A stretch of DNA of 62,949 bases, filler included, from Nemertoderma westbladi (lineage: Eukaryota > Animalia > Xenacoelomorpha): assembly GCA_032718475.1 (NCBI GenBank). It is 3 parts of 3 records of this genome, joined end to end, with 100 filler letters (N's around TTAATTAATTAA, not from the genome) between each part and the next. Parts side by side here need not be neighbours in the genome. Positions count along the whole stretch, not along the records: positions 20,055 to 43,662 come from JAUCBJ010006252.1; positions 43,763 to 62,949 come from JAUCBJ010005624.1; 1 more part is not named here. One strand, written 5' to 3'. The notes beneath the pieces were generated by a model, which made no database searches, had not been told where the DNA came from, and worked only from the letters and a program-made list of their open reading frames with translations. The position numbers and the translations under genes are program-made. Shown piece after piece: positions 34,737-46,417 of this stretch. Each line of letters starts with the position of its first letter. The stretch's first letter is position 1.

Positions 34737-34870
34737 TATCTATAGAGTAACTTATACTGTTATCTATAGAGTAACTTATACTGTTATCTATAGAGTAACT
34801 TATACTGTTATCTATAGAGTAACTTATACTGTTATCTATAGAGTAACTTATACTGTTATCTATAGAGTAA
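34737..34870 (+). repeat. 24-bp tandem repeat (TATCTATAGAGTAACTTATACTGT), ~5.5 copies
   Basis: Directly visible; no spacers. Confidence 0.95.
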
Positions 34871-36029
34871 TTTGTGCAGAAATTTTGATAATTCAGGTGT
34901 AAATTGTTTATATTATTATTTCGTACCAATGTTAAAGTTTTGTGCTCCATTATTCATTATGTCAATAAACATATATATATATATCTATACAGGTTATAAG
35001 ACAGAAATAAGCGCTATAAAACACTTATTTTTGGGGGAGGCTTCCATTAAACCCCAAACAAATTATTTCGGTACATATACAGTATACATAACGTTTTATA
35101 TTCTTCCTCACATACTATATAAATTAATGATCTCTGATTCCTGTACTATTCCACAAACAAAGTGTTTCAGTGTGAAAAGTGAACCATACCCCGCCAAAAC
35201 AGCCGCAAACGCATAGCCAATAAATTTAACAAAAGGTTACGTACATGTTGGGTTCATGACGAGTGAAAATGAATCGTGTAATATAAACTAAAAAATTAAA
35301 AGTCGGGCTGGCTCTCCTCCACTTCCTTACCCAATGGAAATGTTGTTGTTACAGTATAATCTAATATTGGGGCGGCTTTTTCTCGTTTAGCTCTTCCTGT
35401 ATATCTCACAACCGGTCGGGTGCAATCTTCGCCCGCGTCCAACCTTCGCCTGATTGGGGAAAAGGAGCAGGTAACAGACACAATAGGTTACAGAGACGAT
35501 ATTTTCTAACCGAAACAATAAACGAGGTTGTTAACTCTAATTTTGAAGGCGAAGATTGCTCTCGGGCGAAGCTTTCTCCTGGCGAAGTTCGCTGGGTACT
35601 GACTCTGGTATTGGTAGTTTAGGAATAGTTAGCAATCCTGTATTACATTGTATCAATTTAGTCAAATTCAAGTCTATTAAGATTGCAAATGTGCTTAGCG
35701 TATCGATACATGTTTTAAATGAGAGATTGTCAGACACTCTTTATGGTCACCACACCACTACAATTCTTAAGCACCATGTTTTATTCCCACTTAATGGTCA
35801 CTTGCGGTAATGTCAAGATCACTTTATGGTTAAATCAACACATCGGCATCGGCAACCTGTAACGTTTTGTATACATAGCTTGAATAAGAAAATGTTGGGG
35901 GATTCTTTTTCTAAAATTAATTTTTGCGATGCCGTCTCTATTTGGGACTCCAATACAGAAATATTCGAATATCTTTCATAAAATAATAATTAGATATATA
36001 AAAAGCAAGCAGAGCAAACAGTCAGTCCA

Positions 36030-36228
36030 AGACGGAGGCTCCTCTTTCTATATATGCTACCCGAGTGTATAGGGGTGGGCGCTACTACTATATCAGTTAT
36101 TGCTCCCAGTTATTTAACTGGTACTCATTTTATCGACCGGAATGAAATGCTGAGTGGATACTGGCGGCGCACGAACATACGACCAATAGATTGCAGGCCC
36201 GGTCCTCAAGTAACTGAGCTACCCTGCT
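36030..36228 (-). mobile_element. old tRNA-derived SINE with Deu/Nin-like core
   Basis: Minus strand has a GGTAGCTCAGT A-box, then CCACTCAGCATTTCATTCCGGTCGATAAAATGAGTACCAG, which resembles the conserved Deu/Nin SINE domain. Confidence 0.55.
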
Positions 36229-36265
36229 TTCTTATAATTATACATAAATTATAAATATATGATAA

Positions 36266-38791
36266 GTCCAGTAGTATACCGCCTACCGAATCCTAGTAAC
36301 GAAATACCTTACTGTAGAATCCAGCAGTGTACACGGGTTCGTACAGTATCTGACAAGAAATCCCAGTCCAGGGTGTCTAAATAAACAGATACCAAGTACA
36401 CAACTACTACTGGCGAGGAACGGAGCCTGATGTCTCTTCTAATGCTTGGGCGAATCAAATGCGCGGGCTAACTAGACAAACAGGATACCCGACCTCTAAC
36501 CGGTGAGGCAGATGTACAGTCTACAGATACAGACCAAAATCACGGGAAAACAATCCCGGCGTAGCGAATCCTAACTATCGCTAATGGACCTAAATACTGT
36601 AAACTTGCCGCGGTGTGATTTATATGGGAATAATACGAGCTAGCGGGTCAACGGTACTAGCGTAAGAACAATACTGCCGACAGGAAAAGGCAGTCAAAAG
36701 GGTGCCTGAACGAACAAATACCAAATATCTCTACAAATAATAATAATAATAACCTATCTGTAAATCAGTAGATCTCAAGACGTGAGGGTGTGTGTGTGTG
36801 TTACGATAAAACAATTTTGGTGTACCGCTGTTAGGGGCTGTTCACATATTACGTAACGCCAATTTTGCCATTTTTTGACCCCCCTCCCCCCCCCCCCCTT
36901 GTAACACATAGTAACATTTTTTGTTAACCCCCCCCCCCCCCCCCCCCATCTAGTAACGTAACGCTAGCTTGAGTATAATTTTATTAATTGATTTATTTTA
37001 TTAACATAATATATTATATTAATAATACATTATTATTATTGTTATTATTTTAGTATAGTTATATATATTATTATATTTATCAGTATGTACATGTACACGT
37101 ACAGTACATTGTACCGGTAGCACAGGTAGTTAGTTACCAGGCCTATAGATTTATTGCATCCAATGGGAGTATTGTAATCAATAATAATTTTATGAAAGTT
37201 ATATTAAAGACTTTCATATTTAAATATAAATGTTTTGTATTGTAACTTTTGGCAAATTGAAATAAATTACTTTCTTACCCAGATTTCAGCGTTACGTAAC
37301 GATTATTCCCGAACCCCCCCACCCCCTTGTAACAAAATAGTAACGTTTCAGGCAGACCCCCCCCCCCCCCTTCTGAGCGTTACGTAATATGTGAACAGCC
37401 CCTTATACTAGGTTTTGGTGATTTTAACAAAATAACAATACCGGGTGCTAGCTACTCGAATAAGCTAGTCGCACGCTGTAGGCGCAATACTTACAAACTG
37501 ACGTCAAAAGGGCTCTCTCCTCCTTTATTCAAACTCAGCCAGGCAATTACGGTGTTAGTAACTAGGCCCGCGATCGGCACTGATACCAGATTCTGATTGT
37601 GAGATAAGGAAATAGGGTGTTAATTTACTACCGTACGTCTAGCTGATCTGGTATGTAATTTGATTCTAGAATTTTGTTACCGCGGTGGTCTGCAGTAAAT
37701 ACCTATCGGTACGTGGCAAGGGTGCGGTAGATTGTTAGTAAATCTCCCATAGCCAAAATGCGTGCCGGTAGCAGAAAGCTGCCTCTTGCCTGATCAAATA
37801 CTTTGGACTCAGACAGGTCCGTCAAACTGCAAGGCCTACAGAGCTAACCGGTACTGTACTGCTAGTACGGCAAATCACCAAATTATAGAGCGTGCTATTT
37901 GCACCTAGTGTACTTGCGCGGCGCGTACTGATAAACAGCAACAGCTCGCACCTGTAGGAGATACAGGTTGACCCGGGTTTTTTCCTGTCTGAATCTGAGG
38001 TATTTGGTCCTAAATTTTACGGCGTCCCAGGACGGCGTCACGCTTCACCCTAATCTAAGGAACTTATGGCGGGCAAAGGCGTCGAACAAAGTCTTACCTC
38101 CTCTGACGTGGACGTGTTTAGGCAATCAGGCATGCTTCCAAATGGGCGTGGGCGAAGATAGTGTGGGCACCTTTATGCGTCGTGGACATCCCTTCCCATT
38201 GCGTTGCTGTGGCCTAAAGGTTTAGGCAGCCATTCCCCAAAGCGTTTGGCTGTTCAAGGTAGATACGCTAAAAGCTACATGTTCTGAGTTTCCATATTTT
38301 AACATAAATGACAAAAGATTTATCGAATTTAGACTAGACTAGTTAAGTTAAGCAAGAGAATAGTTGTGATAACCGAAGGGCAAACGGTGCCTTATATAGG
38401 AAATCCTAAGCATGGAATCCACTAGAACATTCTACCACATTCTATGAGCTCGCATTGATTGGACCAATAAATCATCAAATGCCCTACGATTGGCCCAACT
38501 AATCTGTCTATGTGTTGTACGCACTCCATTGGCTTATCTAACTTAACGAAACGGAAAATAAATAGCACAAAATACAAATTTTTACTGACCCAGATTCGAA
38601 TTCTCTAGGATGTAACCTGCGCCTTAACCTACTGGACCACTGTGCCAATAGAAACCCATGCCAAATTATAACTAGAGTAGGTGATATGCAAAATATAACA
38701 AACTATAAATCAAGGCAAATACATCGGATTTTTGAAAGTTTTTACGTAGTACTAATTACAAATAGCTACCTAGTAGTGAAATAATCCCACA
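36266..38791 (-). mobile_element. BEL/Pao-related element E3: LTR plus partial leader, no gag
   Basis: Starts TGTGGGATTATTTCAC and shows colinear but diverged homology to E2/E4, including the A/B cassette (38569-38646), CCAAT boxes, TATA and leader blocks. Confidence 0.85.
36834..37402. mobile_element. PIF/Harbinger-type MITE inserted in E3
   Basis: 25-bp TIR GGGGCTGTTCACATATTACGTAACG with a TTA TSD; the empty site is seen in E4 near 48070. Confidence 0.9.
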
Positions 38792-38873
38792 ATATATATA
38801 ATAATAATTAATTGTAATTGTAATTGTATAGACAAATTAAAATAAATATCCAAGAACTTGTTAAAAAATAGTT

Positions 38874-39926
38874 TCAATTTAAAAGTATATCAGCAACATG
38901 CGCTTGGTTTGTTTCCCTCAAACAGTTGAGGAAAGTTACATATTCTTCGGGCGTTTTCTCTTTCATAATGTCAATGAGTTCATTGTTTTTGTCTTTGCTG
39001 GTTCTACTTGTTCGGACTAAATCCACTTCGTCTGAACTGAAAACTGCTTTACTTCCACTTCCGAGGTGTAAAACTAATTCAGAGGCCTCCATATTCGCTA
39101 ATAGTTCTTGCTTTTTCTCCTGTAACTTAACCGCGTGAGGGAAAACGACAGGTTCAGGTGATAAAATAAAATCCTTTAGCGGGAGCGGATCAAGAAATGG
39201 GTGTACGATGACTTGCGAAGTGCGTATGTCATGATTCTGTACATAAACAGACAATTTACTCGTTAATTCTCGGAATAATATCATTATATCGCTAGAACCA
39301 GGGCGTCTGACGATATCTTCAACTATCTGGCAAACCGCGGCTATAAACGGGGTCCCCTGATCATGATGAAGCCGTGCACTTTGTCCTTTACTACAGCTCA
39401 CAGCAACAGCCATATCTCTAAAGTTGGGTCCACTTATGTCTAAATCTTGAGGGAAACTATCCTTAACTTGTTTCTGACATGCCTCGAAGAAAAATACCCG
39501 CGGTTTGGGTGGATTTGCCATGGCTAAACATTCGCTAGAGAAAATCTCTAGAATTTTTTTAATCGGAACCGATTCTTTATCTCCTGAAGTGGAAATGACA
39601 CCATGGCTACCGTGACTCATAACGAATACGAACAGGCATTCCGTATTGACCAACTTTTCATTACGTATGTATCTCAATCCTTTCTCAAGGTTTTCTTCAT
39701 ATATTCTTCCTTGTATATGTTCGTGTGGAGCCTTGAGCTCGGCCATAATCGAGTCAAACTCAATTATCTCGCACCGCAGGAGTTCCTCACCAAATACCCG
39801 TTTAATTCGATCAACATCGTAACCGGATGCAGGATTTCTGCACTTCAAACCATCAAAATCGGTTATGTTGACAATAAGGCAAACCTTCTTTCCTTTTGGA
39901 GTAATCCGGTATCGTGAACTTTCCAT
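38874..39926 (-). CDS. caspase-family protease with C-terminal CARD-like death-fold domain (350 aa, intronless ORF)
   Basis: p20 motifs CLIVN, VFVMSHG and KPRVFFFEACQ. p10 region DMAVAVSC...SAR...GTPFIAAVC. C-terminal LQEKKQELLANM...NNELIDIM...FLNCLRETNQAHVADIL is CARD-like. Strong Kozak context ACCGCCATGG. Confidence 0.88.
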   Translation of the reverse strand: MESSRYRITPKGKKVCLIVNITDFDGLKCRNPASGYDVDRIKRVFGEELLRCEIIEFDSIMAELKAPHEHIQGRIYEENLEKGLRYIRNEKLVNTECLFVFVMSHGSHGVISTSGDKESVPIKKILEIFSSECLAMANPPKPRVFFFEACQKQVKDSFPQDLDISGPNFRDMAVAVSCSKGQSARLHHDQGTPFIAAVCQIVEDIVRRPGSSDIMILFRELTSKLSVYVQNHDIRTSQVIVHPFLDPLPLKDFILSPEPVVFPHAVKLQEKKQELLANMEASELVLHLGSGSKAVFSSDEVDLVRTSRTSKDKNNELIDIMKEKTPEEYVTFLNCLRETNQAHVADILLN

Positions 39927-40239
39927 GGCGGTGCACCAGGTATACCCTGTTAATCCTGTTATTAGCTTTATGACAGTATGAAATATGCTAATTTCGTAAT
40001 TGGCTAATTAATTATTAAATATTCATTAGGCCTAATTACGGTACAGAGTTATGCAATACTGCAATAGGCCTAATATTGTATTAGCTGGCTTAAAAGTAAT
40101 ACAGTAATATACTGTACAGTACCGTACCTAATCCCTAGGCCTACTTCAGTTTCACTACTGCTATACTGCTGCTGTACTGCCCTATAAGTCGGGTTAGCCA
40201 GAGAACACTCCAGAAGCTGAGTGAATGTAGAGTGAATGA

Positions 40240-40700
40240 GAGCCCGATTTTTTAAATACCCGTGTGATAAAACCCATGAATCCGGAATAATACCTGAGTC
40301 CAAAGACTGTTGAAATAGCTTAGTTAACGGAGTATAGCAAGGAATGGGGCCAAATTACGTAACAATATTGTTGGAATGTGATCAGGTCCAGGAGCTTTTC
40401 CGGGTTTCACCTTCAACAAGTTCTTGTACACCTCATTCGATTCAAAGACAATATGGTTGAAATTATTTTGGCTGAGCTGGTTCGAGTAAGAATTAAGATT
40501 CTTGTTGGTGTTCTTCTTTATCTGAAGTAGATTTATGCGCATTGGTACTGGAATCAACTGTAAAAGCAAAGGAGATACAAAGGTCTCACTAAATAGGTTT
40601 GGCCTTCTTGGTGCTATAAGTTACAATGATACCCTGAGTGTCCTTCATTGCTGGTATGGCTATGATTTTCGACTCATTTGAGATTTGGTGTAACGCCAAA
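40240..40700 (-). mobile_element. CR1-like LINE fragments
   Basis: EVYKNLLKVKPGKAPGPDHIP...LAPFLA and SLDSGIIPDSW motifs, disrupted. Confidence 0.7.
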
Positions 40701-41319
40701 ATTCTCATCCTTGTCATCCAAAGTCATCCTTGGGTTTCGCGTCCCTTCTTTCCAGGCAACATCCAAGAGAGAAAGGAGCTTCTGTTGTTTCCCTTCCTTC
40801 ATGTTCACCATGTACAGTAGGTAAATGCTGAAATGCCAATTACTGTGATACAATTTTGCAGCTATATGTAAAGTAATGAATTTCGGCATTGTAAAGTAAC
40901 ATATGTCCATTTGGATGTTCTATGATCCATTATGTAACTGCTTCTCTTTGTCTATCTCAAAATATATGATGCTCGAAATATAGCCCGAACATACTAAAAC
41001 TCCCATAAATTTTTCAAAAACAATAATTTTGTGTTGAAATTTTCACAAAAGATAACCTACATATCTACGTTCATTGGGCCAAACTCTTGGAACGAGAACT
41101 GCAACCCAGTTGGTACTACAGATCCTTCTACATGATATATTTTTCATAAAAACCCTCAAAATCTTTACAAATTTTGAAAAATACCGACTTGCACAAAAAG
41201 TCCCATCTTTTTCGAACAAAATGGTTTGCGAAGGTATCCATACTCAGTTTTCTTAGTTAAAGATCACAGATAATTGTGTTAAAGTTTCAGAACAGTAGCT
41301 ATAAAAATAATAAAAATAG

Positions 41320-41390
41320 ATATGAGCCATTTAATTATTGTGTATTAAGGGGGGTATCCCCTTAATACACAATAATTAAATGGCTCATAT
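41320..41390. repeat. perfect inverted repeat (33-bp arms, 5-nt loop)
   Basis: ATATGAGCCATTTAATTATTGTGTATTAAGGGG-GGTAT-CCCCTTAATACACAATAATTAAATGGCTCATAT. Confidence 0.9.
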
Positions 41391-41729
41391 TGAAATTTGT
41401 AGCCGCAAACAGAATCGACGAAAATATTACTTCTATTGATCCCACAGACTCAAACATAACACCATTCGAACCGCAATCAGCGATTTAGTTGGAGTAGTAA
41501 CCATCAGAATAAGACTAGAGCGCTTAGTTCTCGAGATATTGTACAAAAGGTGTACTTTAGGCTCACTGATTTTAATTAACCATTACGTTATACAATATAA
41601 TAATTTAAAGCAGATAATTTATGAAGGCGGTATTATATTTTAAAGAAATTAAGATGACTAATTACACCACCCTGTCATCGACAACGACAAAAGGCAGACA
41701 GTGGACAATACACACAATTACAGACCTAC

Positions 41730-42540
41730 TGTACAGTATATCGATCACCCAACCTTTTGCCAAAATTTTTGAACGTGTTATGTATAACCAAATGGACAAT
41801 TATCTAACAAATAACAATACCGCAAACAATATCGCAAAGGTTACTCAACAATAGACGTCCTTATTTATTCATGATACAGCGTGTGCCTTGATTAATACCA
41901 ATTAATACCTTACTAACAGACAACAAGCAGTAAAGATAAACGGAACAATATCACCGTGGATGACGGAACAAAGACGAATCCCTCCGGAATTATCGCCCCA
42001 GTACTCTTCTCGCTCTACACTAATGACATTAACAGACAATTTATTTATTTAATTTGATTCGTACATGGCAATATAATATTAAAATTAGTACTGCACAGTA
42101 CAGAGTAAAAAACAAGAAAGAAAGGAAACTAAAGCACAAATGATATTAATGTGATTGTAATTATACAGTAGCACAGAAAAAATAACGTGACATAGTTTTA
42201 TCCCTAATATGACGAGATATAATTAAGCATGTCATGCAACTCCTCATCAGCGAAGTCATCCACCGAAATATCACCGAGAAGTGCATTACATAGATCTTTA
42301 CAAACACTAACCGCCACAAGTTATCATTAGACGTTCTAGAATACACTAACACAGAGGAAACAACATTAGCATTTAAATTTACTATAAATTATCAACGTTA
42401 CGAAGATTTGCTATACGCCTTAAATTTAAACCAGTTCTCGTCCTACAATCAAACTCGGTGAGATTAGCTAAAAAACGAATACAAAATTTATTTGATGCAC
42501 GCAAACTTATGAAAAATATACAAATTGTTTACAAAGCAAA
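41730..42540 (+). mobile_element. highly degenerate LINE RT remnants
   Basis: SISITQPFAKIFERVMYNQM, YLTNRQQAVKING and LFSLYTND-like pieces with stops. Confidence 0.55.
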
Positions 42541-42696
42541 ACCCAAGGATGAGTAAAATCTACAATATTTTCTACCATCAAACGGACACGAAACGGAGAC
42601 GATGAAGGAAGATGGGATTGTGGGAAGATAGGAATGTGGAAAGGTGGATGGGATTGATGGGATGGGAATTAACGCAGTTGTTAACTTCCAATTGAT

Positions 42697-42890
42697 GGAA
42701 AAGAGCAGGTTACAGCGGCGACAATTTTTAACCAAAACAATATAACTATTTGTTACTTACAAATGAAGGGAAAGGAACAGGTTACAGGGGCGGGCGTTTC
42801 TAACCAAAATAGTAAACTTTGTTGATAACTTACCAATGGAGGCAAAGGAGCAGGTTACCGAGGCTGTTTTTATCTAACCAAAACAATAAA
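42697..42890 (+). repeat. dispersed ~55-bp repeat (GGAAAGGAGCAGGTTAC...CTAACCAAAACAATAAAC), 3 copies here, others near 35457 and 43537
   Basis: Recurring motif seen by eye; origin unknown. Confidence 0.6.
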
Positions 42891-43662
42891 CAACCATCCA
42901 GCCACCTCCCCACATTCCCATCCACCCACCTTCTCATCTTCCCACATCCCCCACCAACACTTCTTACTATCCGTCCGACTGACTGATCACCCCCCCCCCC
43001 CCCCCCCCCAAAAAAAAGGAAATCGCGAAAATACCAAAGTTCCCTACTGATAGTGAATGGGCCCAAATCCTTTCTGATGTATATTCGCTGGGAAATGGAA
43101 TCCTGTGAAACATCACATATGGGCGCATTTACATACACTGATTCCGAAATCCTGTACGTCCGTGTCCTGAGTGAGTCACCTGAGTCACCGTTTTAGTTTT
43201 ATTGGCATTATAAAACTCGAAACATACTGTATTCGTTTCATACCTTGTTCATATAAGTAAAAACCACAACACTAAGGTGGAACAATAAGTGTCAGATACC
43301 GTCAGATCAGATCAGATCAGATAAGGACAGACGTTTTAGCCATCCTAGAATAAAATGCGGTACTGAACTGAGCACCATAATAAATTGCACATATAGTATA
43401 GAGTTGCTACACACCCAGAAATTACGCATACAGAAATTTCAATGAATGTGCTGGGGTAGGAGACAGGGGGCGAAACTGGACGAAAAACCCGCCTTGGCGA
43501 ATTAATATCCCGCCTCAATGTTAAATTATCAATTTAGGGAAAGGAGCAGGTTACAGTGGCACGTTATTTTAACCAAAACAATAAACTAAGCACAATACAG
43601 TAGAACAGTTACAGTTTTATTTTGAGAATAATCAGCTGTTATTTGCGTCGAATTTCCCCTGG

Positions 43663-43762
43663 NNNNNNNNNNNNNNNNNNNNNNNNNNNNNNNNNNNNNN
43701 NNNNNNTTAATTAATTAANNNNNNNNNNNNNNNNNNNNNNNNNNNNNNNNNNNNNNNNNNNN
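43663..43762. other. assembly gap
   Basis: N-run with TTAATTAATTAA linker. Confidence 0.97.
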
Positions 43763-46417
43763 TTGGAGCAAGTAGTTAAACTTCTCCGTCGAGGTGAAAG
43801 CACACTTAGCGATCTGAGACTCTACGTAGTCTACCAGTGTGTGCCAGTGTTTCGCGTTACCAGAGAACTTCGGCGGTTGCTGTGCCGGTAATCCGTGTCT
43901 AGCCGCGAATTTCGCAATCTCGCTAACTAAATCCAACTGTCCGCGTCCCTGTTCGGCGGCGTCGTCCAGTCGCTCCCTTCCGCGCGTTGTTCGTCGGTAG
44001 GAATTATTAACGGGATCTTCTTCTCGATGTGTCGGAGTCCGTCTAGTCTCCTGTTCTCTCCTCGGTGGTCGATGTTGTCTAGGTTGTTCCAACTCCACGC
44101 TGGTCCGTGATCGATCCGACGGTTGCGCTTCGAGTCGTTCTTCGAGTTGAGCTATTCTGTCCGTCATCTCGGTGAACTGTTTAGCGCTGATCGTTTCCGC
44201 TGGTTTCAACGTGGGTTTCTGTTGGGGTGTTTCTCGTGGAGGATTGTCGATATAGGGGTTCGTCGATCTCTCCTCTCGTTTGCAATCTTCCGCCGCTGCC
44301 GCTCCAGTACGGAATATTTCCCGTTCCGTCGATTCAGAGTCACTGGATGAATCGCTGTCGTCCGGATAAGGTGGTTGGCGGGTTCGCGTCCGACGTATTA
44401 TTCTGGGTCTCGTCCGTTGTGGTCCGGAATCTACGGCTCTCCGTTGTTCGGTAGGCTCGCAAGCCTTCCACGAAGTCGTAGGTCTCGCTATACGTTGTCC
44501 GATCCCGTGGGTACTACCCACATCCATCCTCCTTCATAGTTCGGTAGGCTCGCAAGCCTTCCACGAAGTCGTAGGTTGCGTCGAACATTGTGTCAACGGT
44601 CGAGTGAAATAGTCGGGTTTCGTAGTCGGTCTGTAAATAACTGGATTTGCACAGCACGTCACAGGTTTAACTTGTAATGGTTTACTCACCTGTTTAATGG
44701 TCATAAACGCAGGTTCCTCTCTTCCTACAAGTATACTACGACTTACTGTAGGTGGACTAGTTATGTTACCTGCTAAAATTGGCGATGAAGTCGCCCTAGG
44801 TTGCGGTAATTCCGTCACAACAAACCTGTTGCCTTGCGTCGAACGCACAGGCGTTATTTCCTTAGGTTTCGTAACGAAGACCGGTTTTATCGGAGTCGTG
44901 GGTTTGAGCATAGGAATAACTTGGGGAAAACGTTTACAGTAATCCTCGACGAACTCCTCTCCTCGATCTATCGCTCCCACGCTTCCTTCCTCGATCCGCT
45001 TTTGTATTCCGCGATATCGAGCTTCCATACGATCCAGGGCAGACAAGTCGTGTCCAGTTCGCGATCTCATAGATCTATCTCTCGCGTCGAGTTCGAGGTC
45101 CGCTTGCGCGTTCGCTGTCTCGCGCGATCTACGATTCAATTCGAACTGTAGTTGCATCTCCCTTTCGCGTCGATCTGCGTCCTGTTGTTGTGCCGCTAAT
45201 TCCGCTTCCTGTATAGCTAATCGAGCGTTTATTTGCCGCGCCTCCAACTTGGCACGAGCGTCGGATGCTGCTTTCTTCCGTGCTAACTCAGCTGCGTTTA
45301 CCGCCGCAACTCGTGCTAACTCGTCGGCTGCCGTCTGTCGTGCTAACTCGTCAGCTGCTGCCGCCTGTCGTGCTAACTCGTCGGCTGCTGCCGCTTCTCG
45401 CACTAAGTCCTCCTCCAATCTGCGCATTTCTGATGCTTCGAATTCAGCTTGCGCCTTGAGTTGTGCAATTCTTGCTTCCGCTTCTCTATGTTGTTTCTCT
45501 CCTTCGATGGCGATCTGTGCCATCTGGTGTCGCGCTTCTTCCTCGGCGACTTGTTGTCGGCGTGCAACCTCCTGTTGTTGTCGAGTAATTCCAGACGCTG
45601 TTCTACTAACGTCGCCAACGTTGCCAACGTCGCTCCGTACGCTAACGAACGATCTATCCAGTGGTGGATGTTGGTAGGCTCGCGAGCCTTCCGTAGTGAG
45701 AACTTCCGTCGTCCCTCGCGGTTCGACTTCCGGTTCGTCGATCGGTACGCCGCATCTACAAAGAAAATTGGTCAGCGTTTCCAACCTTCCGTCCAGGCAG
45801 TAGAGTTCTTCTTCCTCTTCAGGTTGTAACAACGCGTCCGAAACTGACTCACCTAGCAGTTGGTCGAACTGCTCCTGTTGAGCCAAGCTTATTACCGACT
45901 TAAACTGGATAAGGCTTTCTCTCGCACTTACCAATTTATCTACTATCTTTACCTGAGTAAAGTTGTCGCCACGCAACTCTGCAAGTTCGTGCAAACCTTT
46001 AAGTTTATCTACGGAGGCATGTACCCTACTTTCTATCCTTACCTGTAAGGTGTAGAACTCGTATCTCGACATCGGGGCGGTTAACTCGCGTAAAACGCGA
46101 AAACCTTCTCCGAGGTTCCGAGTAATCTGGGCCATGTGTCCTCCTATACTTCTAATAACGTTCTCCTGGCTTCCAGTCGAACTTACCATGTCCGGTTCCC
46201 GTGATCTAGTCTGCGGGACGGTAAGGAAATCTTCGATTCTGCCGTCGCCACTCGTTGCGGTTTCCGGTATTTCCGTTCGGGGTACCGGCGACGCAAGCGG
46301 TGTGACATCGGTGGAATCTCGGGTTCTCCTTCTCGGTTCGTCTACTGTCGATCTGTCCGGGTCGCACGAGTCATAGTCGGTAGGTGGGTATCTCGTCGAA
46401 TGGGGTGTGTCACTCAT
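43763..46417 (-). pseudogene. E4 gag with in-frame stop at 44534-44536
   Basis: A CGG codon of E2 is TGA here and the frame continues at 44527. Extra AAADELAR repeats lie at ~45280-45390. Confidence 0.88.

Noticed and set aside
34737-34870. CRISPR-like array
   Set aside because: Head-to-tail repeats with no spacers, no cas genes and a eukaryotic context. The same applies to the 24.3-kb and 26.2-kb repeats.
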